A stretch of 32,000 nt of DNA. It comes from an uncultured Erysipelotrichaceae bacterium (lineage in GTDB: Bacteria > Bacillota_I > Bacilli_A > Erysipelotrichales > Erysipelotrichaceae). A program made the position numbers and the translations under genes. Below the pieces are notes generated by a model, which was given only the letters and a program-made list of their open reading frames with translations, searched no databases and was not told the origin of the DNA. The DNA lies in NCBI GenBank assembly GCA_942493105.1, contig OW818668.1, positions 690,001-722,000 on the forward strand, given 5' to 3'. This document shows, one piece after another, positions 1 through 7,911 of the stretch (the stretch's first letter is position 1; every line of letters begins with the position of its first letter).

Positions 1-1
1 G

Positions 2-64
2 ATTGGTGATGGATCAACCAAAGTCAATCTAAAAAGTGTCAGCGGAGATTTCGAAATAGAATAA
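2..64 (+). CDS. 3' end of a CDS running off the left edge (…IGDGSTKVNLKSVSGDFEIE*), product unknown
   Basis: The frame is open from the window edge to TAA at 62-64 and is followed directly by a hairpin terminator at 68-89. Confidence 0.4.
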   Translation: MGDGSTKVNLKSVSGDFEIE

Positions 65-67
65 GTA

Positions 68-89
68 AAAGGTCCAATTTTGGACCTTT
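68..89. terminator. Bidirectional rho-independent terminator between convergent genes
   Basis: Perfect 8-bp stem aaaggtcc / ggaccttt with loop aatttt. A/T runs on both sides. It lies between the + strand stop at 62-64 and the - strand stop at 92-94. Confidence 0.6.
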
Positions 90-91
90 AG

Positions 92-577
92 TTATCTTAG
101 GGTAATCGTAGGATAAGTTTTCTGCTTTCTTGTAAGACCCTCATAATATATTTTAAGATTTTTAGGCAATTGATAAGGCGATTCATCAATCGTATTCACA
201 TCATCCATATGTTTAAGAATTGCTTCTTTGATCATGGCTTGAGGCGGTTCATTGGTGATCTTACCTTCATAAGACCAGGCTCTACAATTAACTTGATCGC
301 CACACAGATCTCCGCAATCGACACATAAGGTTTCATGGCCGCTGAGGTCGATGTCATGGTGATTGACACGAATGGTTGGTGAGCTGATAAAACGATATTT
401 TTGGGCCAGTTGAATGGAAGACATTTTGATTTTGTTGAGTTTGATTTGATAACCATCTTTTGATAATTGCTGGGTTACTTCTTCAAGGACATGCTCAAGA
501 ATATTTCCTGTCTCAATACAACGCTGACATGAATGTAAGTCAAGATATAAAAAATCGACAATGATTGCTTTGGACAT
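92..577 (-). CDS. Cys-rich DUF2703-like protein, last gene of the ars operon
   Basis: 161-aa ORF with N-terminal CQRC and a second cluster CVDCGDLCGDQVNC. RBS agagga lies upstream. It starts 24 bp after arsC on the same strand. The family assignment is from memory and is tentative. Confidence 0.6.
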   Translation of the reverse strand: MSKAIIVDFLYLDLHSCQRCIETGNILEHVLEEVTQQLSKDGYQIKLNKIKMSSIQLAQKYRFISSPTIRVNHHDIDLSGHETLCVDCGDLCGDQVNCRAWSYEGKITNEPPQAMIKEAILKHMDDVNTIDESPYQLPKNLKIYYEGLTRKQKTYPTITLR

Positions 578-601
578 CGTTAGTCCTCTCTTTACGCAAA
601 T

Positions 602-1039
602 TTATTTCTGTTCGCTACTGCTAGGATCCACTAAGAATTGATGGACTTTTTCTAAGACAAGATCACGAATCAAACGCGTTCTGGCCATTCTTTCCTCATG
701 CGTTCCACTTAATGAGGATGGATCCTCAAGATTCCAGTTTAGGGTCAGTTTTGCGCCCGGAAAAATTGGGCATTGTTGACCGCTCATTGCATCACATACT
801 TTAACTACGTAGTCATATTTTTTACCAGCTTGATGAAAATCAAAGACAGATTTAGTTAGGTTTTGACTGATGTCGTAGCCGATTTCTTTCATGGCTTCAA
901 CGACGAAAGGATTCAATTTGCCAGGTTCTAAACCAGCGCTTTCAGCCACATATTTTCCTTCACCCAAATGATTCAAGAAAGCTTCTGCCATTTGGCTTCG
1001 AGCTGAATTGTGAATACAGATGAATAAAACTTTTTTCAT
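602..1039 (-). CDS. arsC: Arsenate reductase, LMW-PTPase (thioredoxin-coupled) type
   Basis: P-loop CIHNSARS at the N-terminus. A downstream Cys pair (VCDAMSGQQCP) matches the pI258/B. subtilis ArsC layout. RBS aaggaga. ars operon context. Confidence 0.9.
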   Translation of the reverse strand: MKKVLFICIHNSARSQMAEAFLNHLGEGKYVAESAGLEPGKLNPFVVEAMKEIGYDISQNLTKSVFDFHQAGKKYDYVVKVCDAMSGQQCPIFPGAKLTLNWNLEDPSSLSGTHEERMARTRLIRDLVLEKVHQFLVDPSSSEQK

Positions 1040-1067
1040 GTTTTCTCCTTGGATCTATCGATCTTAT

Positions 1068-2114
1068 TTAAGTGCTAAACCAATGCTTTGTATTGTTGGC
1101 GATCTTGACCAGTATCAACATAACAGGGACTTCTGTCAATACCCCGACGACTGTCGCCAAGACTGCCGGAGAGGTAGTCCCAAACAATGCAATCGCAACC
1201 GCAACAGACAATTCAAAGAAATTAGAGGCGCCGATCATCCCAGCAGGTGCTGCAATATCATGAGGTAATTTTAATCCTTTACTTGAGAAATAAGCGATAA
1301 AGAAGATGAGAAAGGTCTGAATCGTTAAAGGAATTGCAATCAGTAAAATATGGAAGGGATTTTGTAAGATGACTTCACCTTGAAACGAGAATAGTAAGAT
1401 CAAAGTCAATAAGAGCCCACTAACAGTCACATTATCAAATTTAGGCAAGAAATTCTGATTAAAAGACGCTAAGCCGATTCGTTTGATCATAAAGACTCTA
1501 GTAAATATTCCAGCCGTCAAAGGAATAACCACAAACAAGACAACGGATAAAATCAAAGTATCCCAAGGCACCGCGATTTGACTGACTCCCAGTAAGAATT
1601 TAACAATAGGGACAAAGGCAATCAGGATGATCAAATCGTTGGTAGCTACTTGAATAATGGTATAAGCAGGATTTCCTTTGGTTAAAGTACTCCAAACAAA
1701 CACCATGGCTGTACAAGGCGCAGCCCCTAATAGAATGGCTCCTGCGAGATATTGTTGAGCCAACTCAGGACTGATCCATTGACGAAACACGATGGTAAAG
1801 AAGAAAGCTGCAATCGCAAACATCGTAAAAGGTTTGATGATCCAATTAACGACCCAAGTCACATATAAACCTTTAGGATTTTTACCCACATCTTTGATGC
1901 TTTGAAAATCAACTTTCATCATCATGGGATAAATCATGACCCAAATCAAGATGGCAATCGGAATAGAAATATTCGCAAACTCAAACTGATTGAAGAAGGA
2001 TACAAAGGCAGGAAATGTTTGTCCAATAAAAACACCTAAACCCATACATAAGGCAACCCATAAACTTAGATACTTCTGGAAAAAATTGATACCTTCAGTT
2101 TGCTTGGATTTCAT
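1068..2114 (-). CDS. acr3: Arsenite efflux permease, ACR3 family
   Basis: 348-aa polytopic membrane protein. It has an ACR3-like N-terminus (FFQKYLSLWV) and the conserved LGAAPCTAMV cysteine motif. Its ATG directly abuts the arsR stop. Confidence 0.9.
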   Translation of the reverse strand: MKSKQTEGINFFQKYLSLWVALCMGLGVFIGQTFPAFVSFFNQFEFANISIPIAILIWVMIYPMMMKVDFQSIKDVGKNPKGLYVTWVVNWIIKPFTMFAIAAFFFTIVFRQWISPELAQQYLAGAILLGAAPCTAMVFVWSTLTKGNPAYTIIQVATNDLIILIAFVPIVKFLLGVSQIAVPWDTLILSVVLFVVIPLTAGIFTRVFMIKRIGLASFNQNFLPKFDNVTVSGLLLTLILLFSFQGEVILQNPFHILLIAIPLTIQTFLIFFIAYFSSKGLKLPHDIAAPAGMIGASNFFELSVAVAIALFGTTSPAVLATVVGVLTEVPVMLILVKIANNTKHWFST

Positions 2115-2429
2115 CTAGTTCTCACACGTACAATCTGTAGATTGTTTGTCCTTCAAATTCATCAGTGTCTTAAGTTCTTCTTGAACTTGAACACAAGCCG
2201 GTTCATTTAAGGAATAATAAGTCCATTTACTTTCCCTTCGTGCATGGACTAGCCCGCTTTCAACCAAGAGGTGCATATGATGAGATAAGGTGGATTGTTT
2301 AATATTGAGCTTTTCCAAAAGATCACAGGCACATCTTTCCCCGTAGGTAAGATGATCAATGATCTGTAAACGTTGTTCATCGCAAAAGGCTTTATAAATG
2401 CTGACTTGTTGAGAAAGATTAAGTTCCAT
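2115..2429 (-). CDS. arsR: ArsR/SmtB-family arsenic-responsive repressor
   Basis: ERCACDLLEKL matches the ELCVCDL-type site. HTH segment QSTLSHHMHLL. First gene of the operon. Confidence 0.9.
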   Translation of the reverse strand: MELNLSQQVSIYKAFCDEQRLQIIDHLTYGERCACDLLEKLNIKQSTLSHHMHLLVESGLVHARRESKWTYYSLNEPACVQVQEELKTLMNLKDKQSTDCTCEN

Positions 2430-2463
2430 AAGGCTCCATGTATCGATATTTGTCGATATATGT

Positions 2464-2498
2464 ATTGTATCTTATGTATTGATGGATATCAATACATA
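2464..2498 (-). promoter_or_regulatory. ars operon promoter with overlapping palindromic operator
   Basis: On the minus strand: TTGATA (plus coordinates 2487-2492), a 17-nt spacer, then TACAAT (2464-2469). A perfect 11-bp inverted repeat tatgtattgat-ggat-atcaatacata (2473-2498) covers the -35 and spacer. A TCGATAT direct repeat at 2441-2460 lies between the -10 and the RBS. Confidence 0.55.
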
Positions 2499-2502
2499 TC
2501 AT

Positions 2503-2531
2503 CATAAAAGAAATCCAATATGGATTTCTTA
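2503..2531 (-). terminator. rho-independent terminator of rarA
   Basis: Minus-strand hairpin aagaaatcca-tat-tggatttctt followed by TTAT. It starts at the rarA stop codon. Confidence 0.6.
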
Positions 2532-3785
2532 CTTCAAGGATTTAATGTCTTTGGTTCGTTTGATTTTATTAAGTTCATCTAAATTATGTTTCAGGGTATT
2601 CTCATAAGGTGAACTTTCATTGGGTTGATAAAATGGCAGATTCTGTACCCCATCGGGTAAATATTGAATCTTTGCCCAAATATCAGGTCTTCCATAATCA
2701 TACTTATCATCATCTTTCATATTGACTGGAGTTAAACGCAAATAAGGAGGAACAGGTAAAGGATGATTTTTAACCTCATCCAAAGCCTTTGAGATCGCAT
2801 TGACGCCGCTTTTAGATTTTGGAGACAAGGTTAAATCAATGACGATATCACCTAGTGGAATGATGGCTTCAGGAAAACCGACTCGTCTTGCGGTATCGAT
2901 GGCTGCTAAAGTTCTTCCAACCAAAGCAGGATTAGCTAAACCAATGTCTTCATAGGCAGTTACTAAAAGTCGTCTTTCAATGGAATCCAGATCTTCCGCA
3001 ACGATCAATCTCGCCAAGTAGTAAAGGGCTCCATCAACATCTGATCCTCTAATTGATTTTTGAAAAGCACTTAAGGCATCATAATATCCATCATCTCCTG
3101 AATCAAAATTCTGATTAGAAGATAGATGTAAGGTTTGTAGTTCTTCTGGGGTGATCACCTGATTGGGATATACGATACTAAGGACTTCCAAGGTATTTAA
3201 AGCGATTCTGACATCGCCGTTAGACATCTTGACCAATGCTTCTTTGACCTCACTGTTGACCTTTATGCCTTTGAGATCAGCTTTAGGATTGATCAGGGCT
3301 TGATCGATGGCCAACATCATGTCTACATCACTTAAGGCTTTGAATTCAACTAAGATACATCTGGAACGTATCGCAGGATTGATTGAAAAATAAGGATTTG
3401 TAGTCGTAAGTCCAATCATGATGATTTTTCCATCTTCTACATAAGGTAAAAGCAGATCTTGTTTATCTTTGTTTAAGCGATGGACTTCATCGATCACCAC
3501 GACCAATTGTCCAGCAATCTTAGATTCAGAAAAAATCTCATCCAGATCTTTCTTATTGCCGGTTACCGCATTAAAATCTTTCAAAGGCAAATCAACCGCT
3601 TTCGCTAAGATCGATGCGACTGTGGTCTTACCTGATCCAGGAGGCCCAAAAAAGATCATTGAGAAAAGACGCTTTTCTAAAACACAGCGTTTTAATATGC
3701 CTTTTTCATTTAAAAGCTGACTTTGTCCTAAAACTTCATCCAAAGATTGAGGGCGTAAGCGATAAGCCAAAGGTTGTTTCATCAA
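2529..3785 (-). CDS. rarA: Replication-associated recombination protein A (AAA+ ATPase, MgsA/RarA)
   Basis: N-terminus PLAYRLRPQSLDEVLGQ, Walker A GPPGSGKTT, Walker B VVVIDEVHR, and a MgsA-type C-terminal domain. Confidence 0.9.
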   Translation of the reverse strand: MMKQPLAYRLRPQSLDEVLGQSQLLNEKGILKRCVLEKRLFSMIFFGPPGSGKTTVASILAKAVDLPLKDFNAVTGNKKDLDEIFSESKIAGQLVVVIDEVHRLNKDKQDLLLPYVEDGKIIMIGLTTTNPYFSINPAIRSRCILVEFKALSDVDMMLAIDQALINPKADLKGIKVNSEVKEALVKMSNGDVRIALNTLEVLSIVYPNQVITPEELQTLHLSSNQNFDSGDDGYYDALSAFQKSIRGSDVDGALYYLARLIVAEDLDSIERRLLVTAYEDIGLANPALVGRTLAAIDTARRVGFPEAIIPLGDIVIDLTLSPKSKSGVNAISKALDEVKNHPLPVPPYLRLTPVNMKDDDKYDYGRPDIWAKIQYLPDGVQNLPFYQPNESSPYENTLKHNLDELNKIKRTKDIKSLK

Positions 3786-3835
3786 TTTACCTCATTCCTA
3801 TTCTAACAAATCCAAGAGTAGAGTAAAATGAAAGT

Positions 3836-4270
3836 ATGAAGGTCCTTGTTCAAAAAGTAAAAGAAGCTAAAGTTTTGGTTAATGGATTGACTGTTGGACA
3901 GATCAAGACAGGTTGTGTATTATATGTGGGGTTTTCCACAGACGATACTTTACAACAGGTCATCAAGATGGCCAACAGGATTCCTTTAGCACGTCTTTTT
4001 GAAGATGATCAAGGCAAGATGAATTTGTCAGTGAAGGATATTGGGGGATCGCTCTTATCGATTTCACAATTTACTTTGATGGCAGATACCTCAAAAGGCC
4101 ATCGTCCTTCCTTTACTCAAGCCATGGATCCACTTCAGGCAGAAAAGTTGTATGAAGCCTTTAATCGTTTGTTAAGTGAAAAAGTACCTGTAGAAACGGG
4201 CGTATTCAGAGCCATGATGGAGATCCATCAGGTCAATGACGGTCCAGTCAGTATCCTCTATGAAAGCTAG
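3836..4270 (+). CDS. dtd: D-aminoacyl-tRNA deacylase
   Basis: 144 aa with the SQFTLMADTSKGHRPSF and NDGPVS motifs typical of Dtd. Confidence 0.9.
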   Translation: MKVLVQKVKEAKVLVNGLTVGQIKTGCVLYVGFSTDDTLQQVIKMANRIPLARLFEDDQGKMNLSVKDIGGSLLSISQFTLMADTSKGHRPSFTQAMDPLQAEKLYEAFNRLLSEKVPVETGVFRAMMEIHQVNDGPVSILYES

Positions 4271-4279
4271 GTGACAAAC

Positions 4280-5131
4280 ATGTCCATATTACTCGATGGT
4301 AAGCAGTGTGCATTAGACATTGAAAATCAACTCAAAAGTCAGATCGACTTGATCAAAGCTGCAAACAAACGTTTGCCTAAGTTGGTGGTTATTTTGGTTG
4401 GAACCAATCCAGCTTCCATATCTTATGTGACCAACAAGGCAAAAGCTTGTAATCGAGTTGGTTTCTTATCTGAAATCATTCAGTTGCCTGAAGACAGCAC
4501 TTTAGAATCTGTAATCGAAGAAGTAACAAAACTCAATCAAGATGATAAAGTCGATGGCATCTTGGTTCAATTGCCTTTACCTAAAGGCCTTGATTCAAAA
4601 GCTGTTATAGAAGCCATTGATCCAAGTAAGGATGTCGATGGTTTACATTCTGTCAATGTTACTAAACTGGTCATGAATGAAAAAGGTTTTGTGCCCTGTA
4701 CGGCTAAAGGCGTGGTGACTTTACTCAAGACCTACAATATTCCCCTCCAAGGAGCCCATGCGGTCGTCTTGGGACGTTCACAGTTGGTGGGTCGTCCTTT
4801 AGCTCAATTGTTGACCAACGAGAACTGTACGGTCACAATATGTCACTCCAAGACTGTAGACATTCCTCAATACACAAAGATGGCAGATATTGTCATTGCG
4901 GCCATTGGAAGACCTAAAATGATTACCCGTGAATATCTCAGTGAAAAAGCAGCTGTGGTAGATGTTGGGATCAATAAAGTCGACGATAAATTGGTAGGCG
5001 ATGTGGATTTTGAGAACGTGGTTGATTTGGTCAAAGCGATCTCACCTGTCCCAAAAGGTGTCGGTCCAATGACCATTGTCACTTTACTTCAAAATACTTT
5101 TGATGCGTATCATTTAAGAACAGGAAAATAA
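4280..5131 (+). CDS. folD: Bifunctional methylenetetrahydrofolate dehydrogenase/methenyl-THF cyclohydrolase
   Basis: MSILLDGK start, GRSQLVGRPLAQLL and PVPKGVGPMT motifs. I prefer ATG 4280 over GTG 4271 because AGGTGA (4268-4273) lies 6 nt upstream. Confidence 0.9.
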   Translation: MSILLDGKQCALDIENQLKSQIDLIKAANKRLPKLVVILVGTNPASISYVTNKAKACNRVGFLSEIIQLPEDSTLESVIEEVTKLNQDDKVDGILVQLPLPKGLDSKAVIEAIDPSKDVDGLHSVNVTKLVMNEKGFVPCTAKGVVTLLKTYNIPLQGAHAVVLGRSQLVGRPLAQLLTNENCTVTICHSKTVDIPQYTKMADIVIAAIGRPKMITREYLSEKAAVVDVGINKVDDKLVGDVDFENVVDLVKAISPVPKGVGPMTIVTLLQNTFDAYHLRTGK

Positions 5132-5133
5132 AC

Positions 5134-5340
5134 ATGGCTCTTTATGATTTAAATGACATCGTCGAGATGAAAAAAGAACACCCCTGTCATAAAGCCAAAA
5201 CTTGGAAAATCATTCGTATGGGGGCTGATATTAAAATCAAATGCTTAGGTTGCGGAGCAGCTGTTATGCTGGATCGCAGCGATTTTGAAAAGAAGTTAAA
5301 GAAAGTTGTTCAAAAAGCAGAAAGCGAGACACACGAATAA
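5134..5340 (+). CDS. DUF951 family small protein (YyzM-like)
   Basis: 68 aa with HPC…CLGCG. Sits immediately upstream of ychF, as I recall for Bacillus. Its stop overlaps the ychF ATG (TAATG). Confidence 0.75.
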   Translation: MALYDLNDIVEMKKEHPCHKAKTWKIIRMGADIKIKCLGCGAAVMLDRSDFEKKLKKVVQKAESETHE

Positions 5341-6440
5341 TGCCTCTAACCGCCGGAATCGTTGGGTTGCCCAACGTAGGGAAATCGACCCTCTTCAATG
5401 CGATCACCCACGCTCAAGTGGAAGCCGCAAATTATCCCTTCGCTACGATCAATCCCAATGTCGGAGTCGTCGAAGTCAAAGATCATCGAGTTGATGATCT
5501 GGTCAAGATCTTTAAACCAAAGAAGACCATTTATACGACGTTTGAGTTTACCGATATCGCAGGATTAGTCAAAGGAGCTTCTCAAGGAGAAGGCTTAGGC
5601 AATCAATTTTTATCACACATCCGTGAAGTGGATGCGATTTGTCATGTGGTAAGGTGTTTTGATGATCCCAACATTACCCATGTTCATGCGAAGATCGATC
5701 CTCTCAACGATATCGAAGTCATCAATTTGGAACTCATCATCGCTGATCAGCAATCCATAGAAAAATCACTCAGTAAAGTAGAACGTAAAGCCAAAGCCAA
5801 AGATAAAGATGGACTGATTGAATATGCCTTATTGACCAAAGTCAACAATGTCTTATTGGCAGGGCAATCCGTAAGGACCTTATCTTTAGACAAGAATGAA
5901 CAAGATCTCTTAAAAAGCTATCATCTATTGACCGCAAAACCTGTGATTTATATTGCGAATATGTCTGAAGAAGAAGTCAAACATCCGCAAGATAATGCCT
6001 ATTATCAAACTGTTAAAAAATTTGCGGAATCTGAAAACAGTGACGTTATTGCGATCTGTGCCAAGATCGAAGAAGAACTTTCTCAAATGGAAGAGGAAGA
6101 GAAAGCATTTTTCCTTGAAGAATTGGGCTACAGTGAAAGCGGCTTAGATAAAATCATCAAAGCGACTTATCATTTATTAGGTTTATGGTCTTTCTTAACC
6201 GGTGGACCCGATGAATGTCGAGCATGGACTTTTAGAAAAGGCATGAAAGCCCCTGAATGTGCCGCTGTCATTCATACTGATTTTCAAAAAGGATTCATTA
6301 AAGTTGAAGCGTATCATTATGAAGACCTCATGAAATATGGCTCTGAACAAGCGGTCAAAGATGCGGGCAAATTAAGGATCGAAGGTAAAGAATATATGGT
6401 ACAAGACGGGGATATATTGCATTTTCGTTTCAACGTCTAG
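5340..6440 (+). CDS. ychF: Ribosome-binding ATPase YchF (Obg-like)
   Basis: G1 motif GLPNVGKST. C-terminal TGS-like end YMVQDGDILHFRFNV. Confidence 0.95.
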   Translation: MPLTAGIVGLPNVGKSTLFNAITHAQVEAANYPFATINPNVGVVEVKDHRVDDLVKIFKPKKTIYTTFEFTDIAGLVKGASQGEGLGNQFLSHIREVDAICHVVRCFDDPNITHVHAKIDPLNDIEVINLELIIADQQSIEKSLSKVERKAKAKDKDGLIEYALLTKVNNVLLAGQSVRTLSLDKNEQDLLKSYHLLTAKPVIYIANMSEEEVKHPQDNAYYQTVKKFAESENSDVIAICAKIEEELSQMEEEEKAFFLEELGYSESGLDKIIKATYHLLGLWSFLTGGPDECRAWTFRKGMKAPECAAVIHTDFQKGFIKVEAYHYEDLMKYGSEQAVKDAGKLRIEGKEYMVQDGDILHFRFNV

Positions 6441-6474
6441 GGAGTGTTGTATAATTAAGATACAAGGAGGTTAT

Positions 6475-6798
6475 ATGAAACTCATAATCGCGATCGTATC
6501 TAATGAAGACAGCCATACTTTACAGAGTTCGCTGACTAAAGCCAATTTCTCTGTTACAAAATTATCCACGACAGGCGGATTCCTAAAAATAGGCAATACG
6601 ACCTTCCTGATTGGAACGGATGAGAATAGAGTAGACGAATGTATCGAAATCATCAAAAAAGAAAGTCAGACCAGAACAGAGATCGTTCCTTCTACCGCTT
6701 CTTACGACTTGGGAAGATATGCCTCATTCCCACTGGAAGTCAGTGTTGGGGGAGCCACCATCTTTGTGGTAGACATTGAAAAGTTTGTTAAAATCTAA
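6475..6798 (+). CDS. darA: Cyclic-di-AMP receptor, PII-like (DarA/PstA, YaaQ family, DUF970)
   Basis: MKLIIAIV…VTKLSTTGGFLKIGNTTFLIG…VGGATIFV is colinear with my memory of B. subtilis YaaQ. RBS aaggagg is 5 nt upstream. Confidence 0.85.
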   Translation: MKLIIAIVSNEDSHTLQSSLTKANFSVTKLSTTGGFLKIGNTTFLIGTDENRVDECIEIIKKESQTRTEIVPSTASYDLGRYASFPLEVSVGGATIFVVDIEKFVKI

Positions 6799-6817
6799 AT
6801 TATCTTGCATTACAAAT

Positions 6818-6856
6818 AAACCACTAGCGTAAACGTACGTTAGTGGTTTTGATTTT
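6818..6856 (+). terminator. rho-independent terminator after darA
   Basis: 13-bp stem aaccactagcgta / tacgttagtggtt (one G-U pair) followed by TTTTGATTTT. Confidence 0.75.
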
Positions 6857-7316
6857 ATCTAGATAACAACTATATATCCAACTCTTTATAAGCCAAAGCC
6901 TCTATCTTTCAAAGTAACGTCAATGATTAATTTCCTGATAGAATAGAAGAAATTATGTGTCTGTAAACATAAGAGGAATTTGTGAATCCAAACAAATAAC
7001 AAATGCATTACTCTCTAAGGTTGTCGAGCTTTATTAGTTCTGCCGTTTCTTCTAGATTTAGAAAACGCGAATTTTATAGAAGAATATGTTAAAATGAAGT
7101 TATAAAACGATGAAGTTTAATACCAATGATATACTTATAAAAATAATTATGTTTTTGGTCTAAAATTGATATAAGATTAAATTTCGTTGTTAGAAAGAGG
7201 GTGGGATTTCTATGGGGGAAATGTTTTTATAAATGAGTTCTTTCATTTATTAAAATCATTCTTATAGGTAAAAATAATCATTAGCAATATTGTTAAGCAC
7301 ACATATATAAAAGTAT

Positions 7317-7333
7317 GTTTTTGAGTCAATAAT
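7317..7333 (+). repeat. Direct repeat copy 1 (GTTTTTGAGTCAATAAT) upstream of the island operon
   Basis: Matches copy 2 at 15 of 17 positions, with a 37-bp centre-to-centre offset. Confidence 0.5.
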
Positions 7334-7353
7334 TTTTAGTATTTTGAAGTACA

Positions 7354-7370
7354 GGTTTTGATTCAATAAT
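7354..7370 (+). repeat. Direct repeat copy 2 (GGTTTTGATTCAATAAT)
   Basis: Matches copy 1 at 15 of 17 positions. It ends 60 nt before the ATG at 7430, and a TAGAAT hexamer follows at 7374-7379. Confidence 0.5.
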
Positions 7371-7429
7371 GAGTAGAATTCAACGGCGACAAGGTAGAAA
7401 TGCCTTGCTAAGAAGGAGGCTTATTTAAG

Positions 7430-7867
7430 ATGATTAAGAAAGCATCATCATCACTATTAGTTATCATTTCAGTGGTTCTATTGGCTTTTTATATGGCATC
7501 AGAACGCATTATCAATCTTGATTATTTGGGTCAAGGGAAACTGTGTTCAGTCACCATCATTGATAGTGGATGTTATACTTCTATTTGCGATGAGGGAGAT
7601 TGGGAATTGACAATAACGGATTCTGATCAATTAAAGTCATTACAATCGGTTTTCTTTAATAAGATCAGAGACATTACACATGTCACCAAAGAAGGTGGAA
7701 ATATGCTTTTTTTATTTCATTATGAGAAAACAGATATCGAATTTCAGGCTGCGATACAAAGCGGGTTTAAAAGTGGGGTGATTTATCTCACATATCAGTC
7801 AGCAACGTATCATTTGACCAAAGAGGACTTAAAACTGCTTAGTATGCTATTTACAATAAGATATTGA
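7430..7867 (+). CDS. Hypothetical membrane-anchored protein (N-terminal signal-anchor, ~120-aa external domain with 3 Cys)
   Basis: Strong RBS aagaaggagg is 10 nt upstream. N-terminus MIKKASSSLLVIISVVLLAFYMA. I recognise no family. A 44-bp gap with no terminator separates it from the next gene. Confidence 0.7.
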   Translation: MIKKASSSLLVIISVVLLAFYMASERIINLDYLGQGKLCSVTIIDSGCYTSICDEGDWELTITDSDQLKSLQSVFFNKIRDITHVTKEGGNMLFLFHYEKTDIEFQAAIQSGFKSGVIYLTYQSATYHLTKEDLKLLSMLFTIRY

Positions 7868-7911
7868 TTAATCAATTGCTTTGTACGATTAAAAAATCTA
7901 AAGGAGATTAA

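Noticed and set aside
232-456. Nested or antisense ORFs in the track. Examples: 232-456, 1020-1268, 1072-1263, 3469-3720, 3614-3826, 4867-5082, 5306-5494, 5953-6147, 6471-6656, 8494-8697, 10603-10818, 12169-12477, 12659-12862, 13715-13897, 14834-15031, 15118-15378, 17076-17303, 18339-18635, 18789-18995, 20383-20583, 20696-20899, 20808-20993, 21580-21834, 23564-23767, 24833-25045, 25510-25770, 27263-27448, 28443-28667, 28664-28879, 30066-30269, 30355-30684, 30368-30622, 30824-31006 and 30870-31058.
   Set aside because: Each lies inside, or opposite to, a longer ORF with clear family motifs and an RBS. Their translations are low-complexity or compositionally odd, and none has a convincing RBS. 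I treat them as shadow ORFs.
3786-3835. Divergent promoters in the 50-bp gap between rarA and dtd (TAAAAT at 3823-3828).
   Set aside because: The hexamer lies only 7 nt before the dtd ATG and no matching -35 is present. AT-rich sequence yields many such hexamers, so I make no call.
6892-7008. A 38-codon minus-strand ORF (MHLLFVWIHKFLLCLQTHNFFYSIRKLIIDVTLKDRGFGL), plus tiny plus-strand ORFs in the island leader: 7110 (MKFNTNDILIKIIMFLV), 7243 (MSSFIY) and 9362 (MNMKIYLNVSN).
   Set aside because: RBS spacing is absent or poor, the DNA is AT-rich so short ORFs arise by chance, and there is no family resemblance. Only the 7212 micro-ORF with a strong SD is mentioned in the findings.
6857-7429. 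A large structured ncRNA (OLE/ROOL/GOLLD-like), or a degraded pseudogene, in the 630-bp gap.
   Set aside because: About 20-27% GC with few possible G-C helices. All six frames are dense with stops and show no recognisable protein remnants. I cannot run a covariance-model search, so this is not fully excluded.
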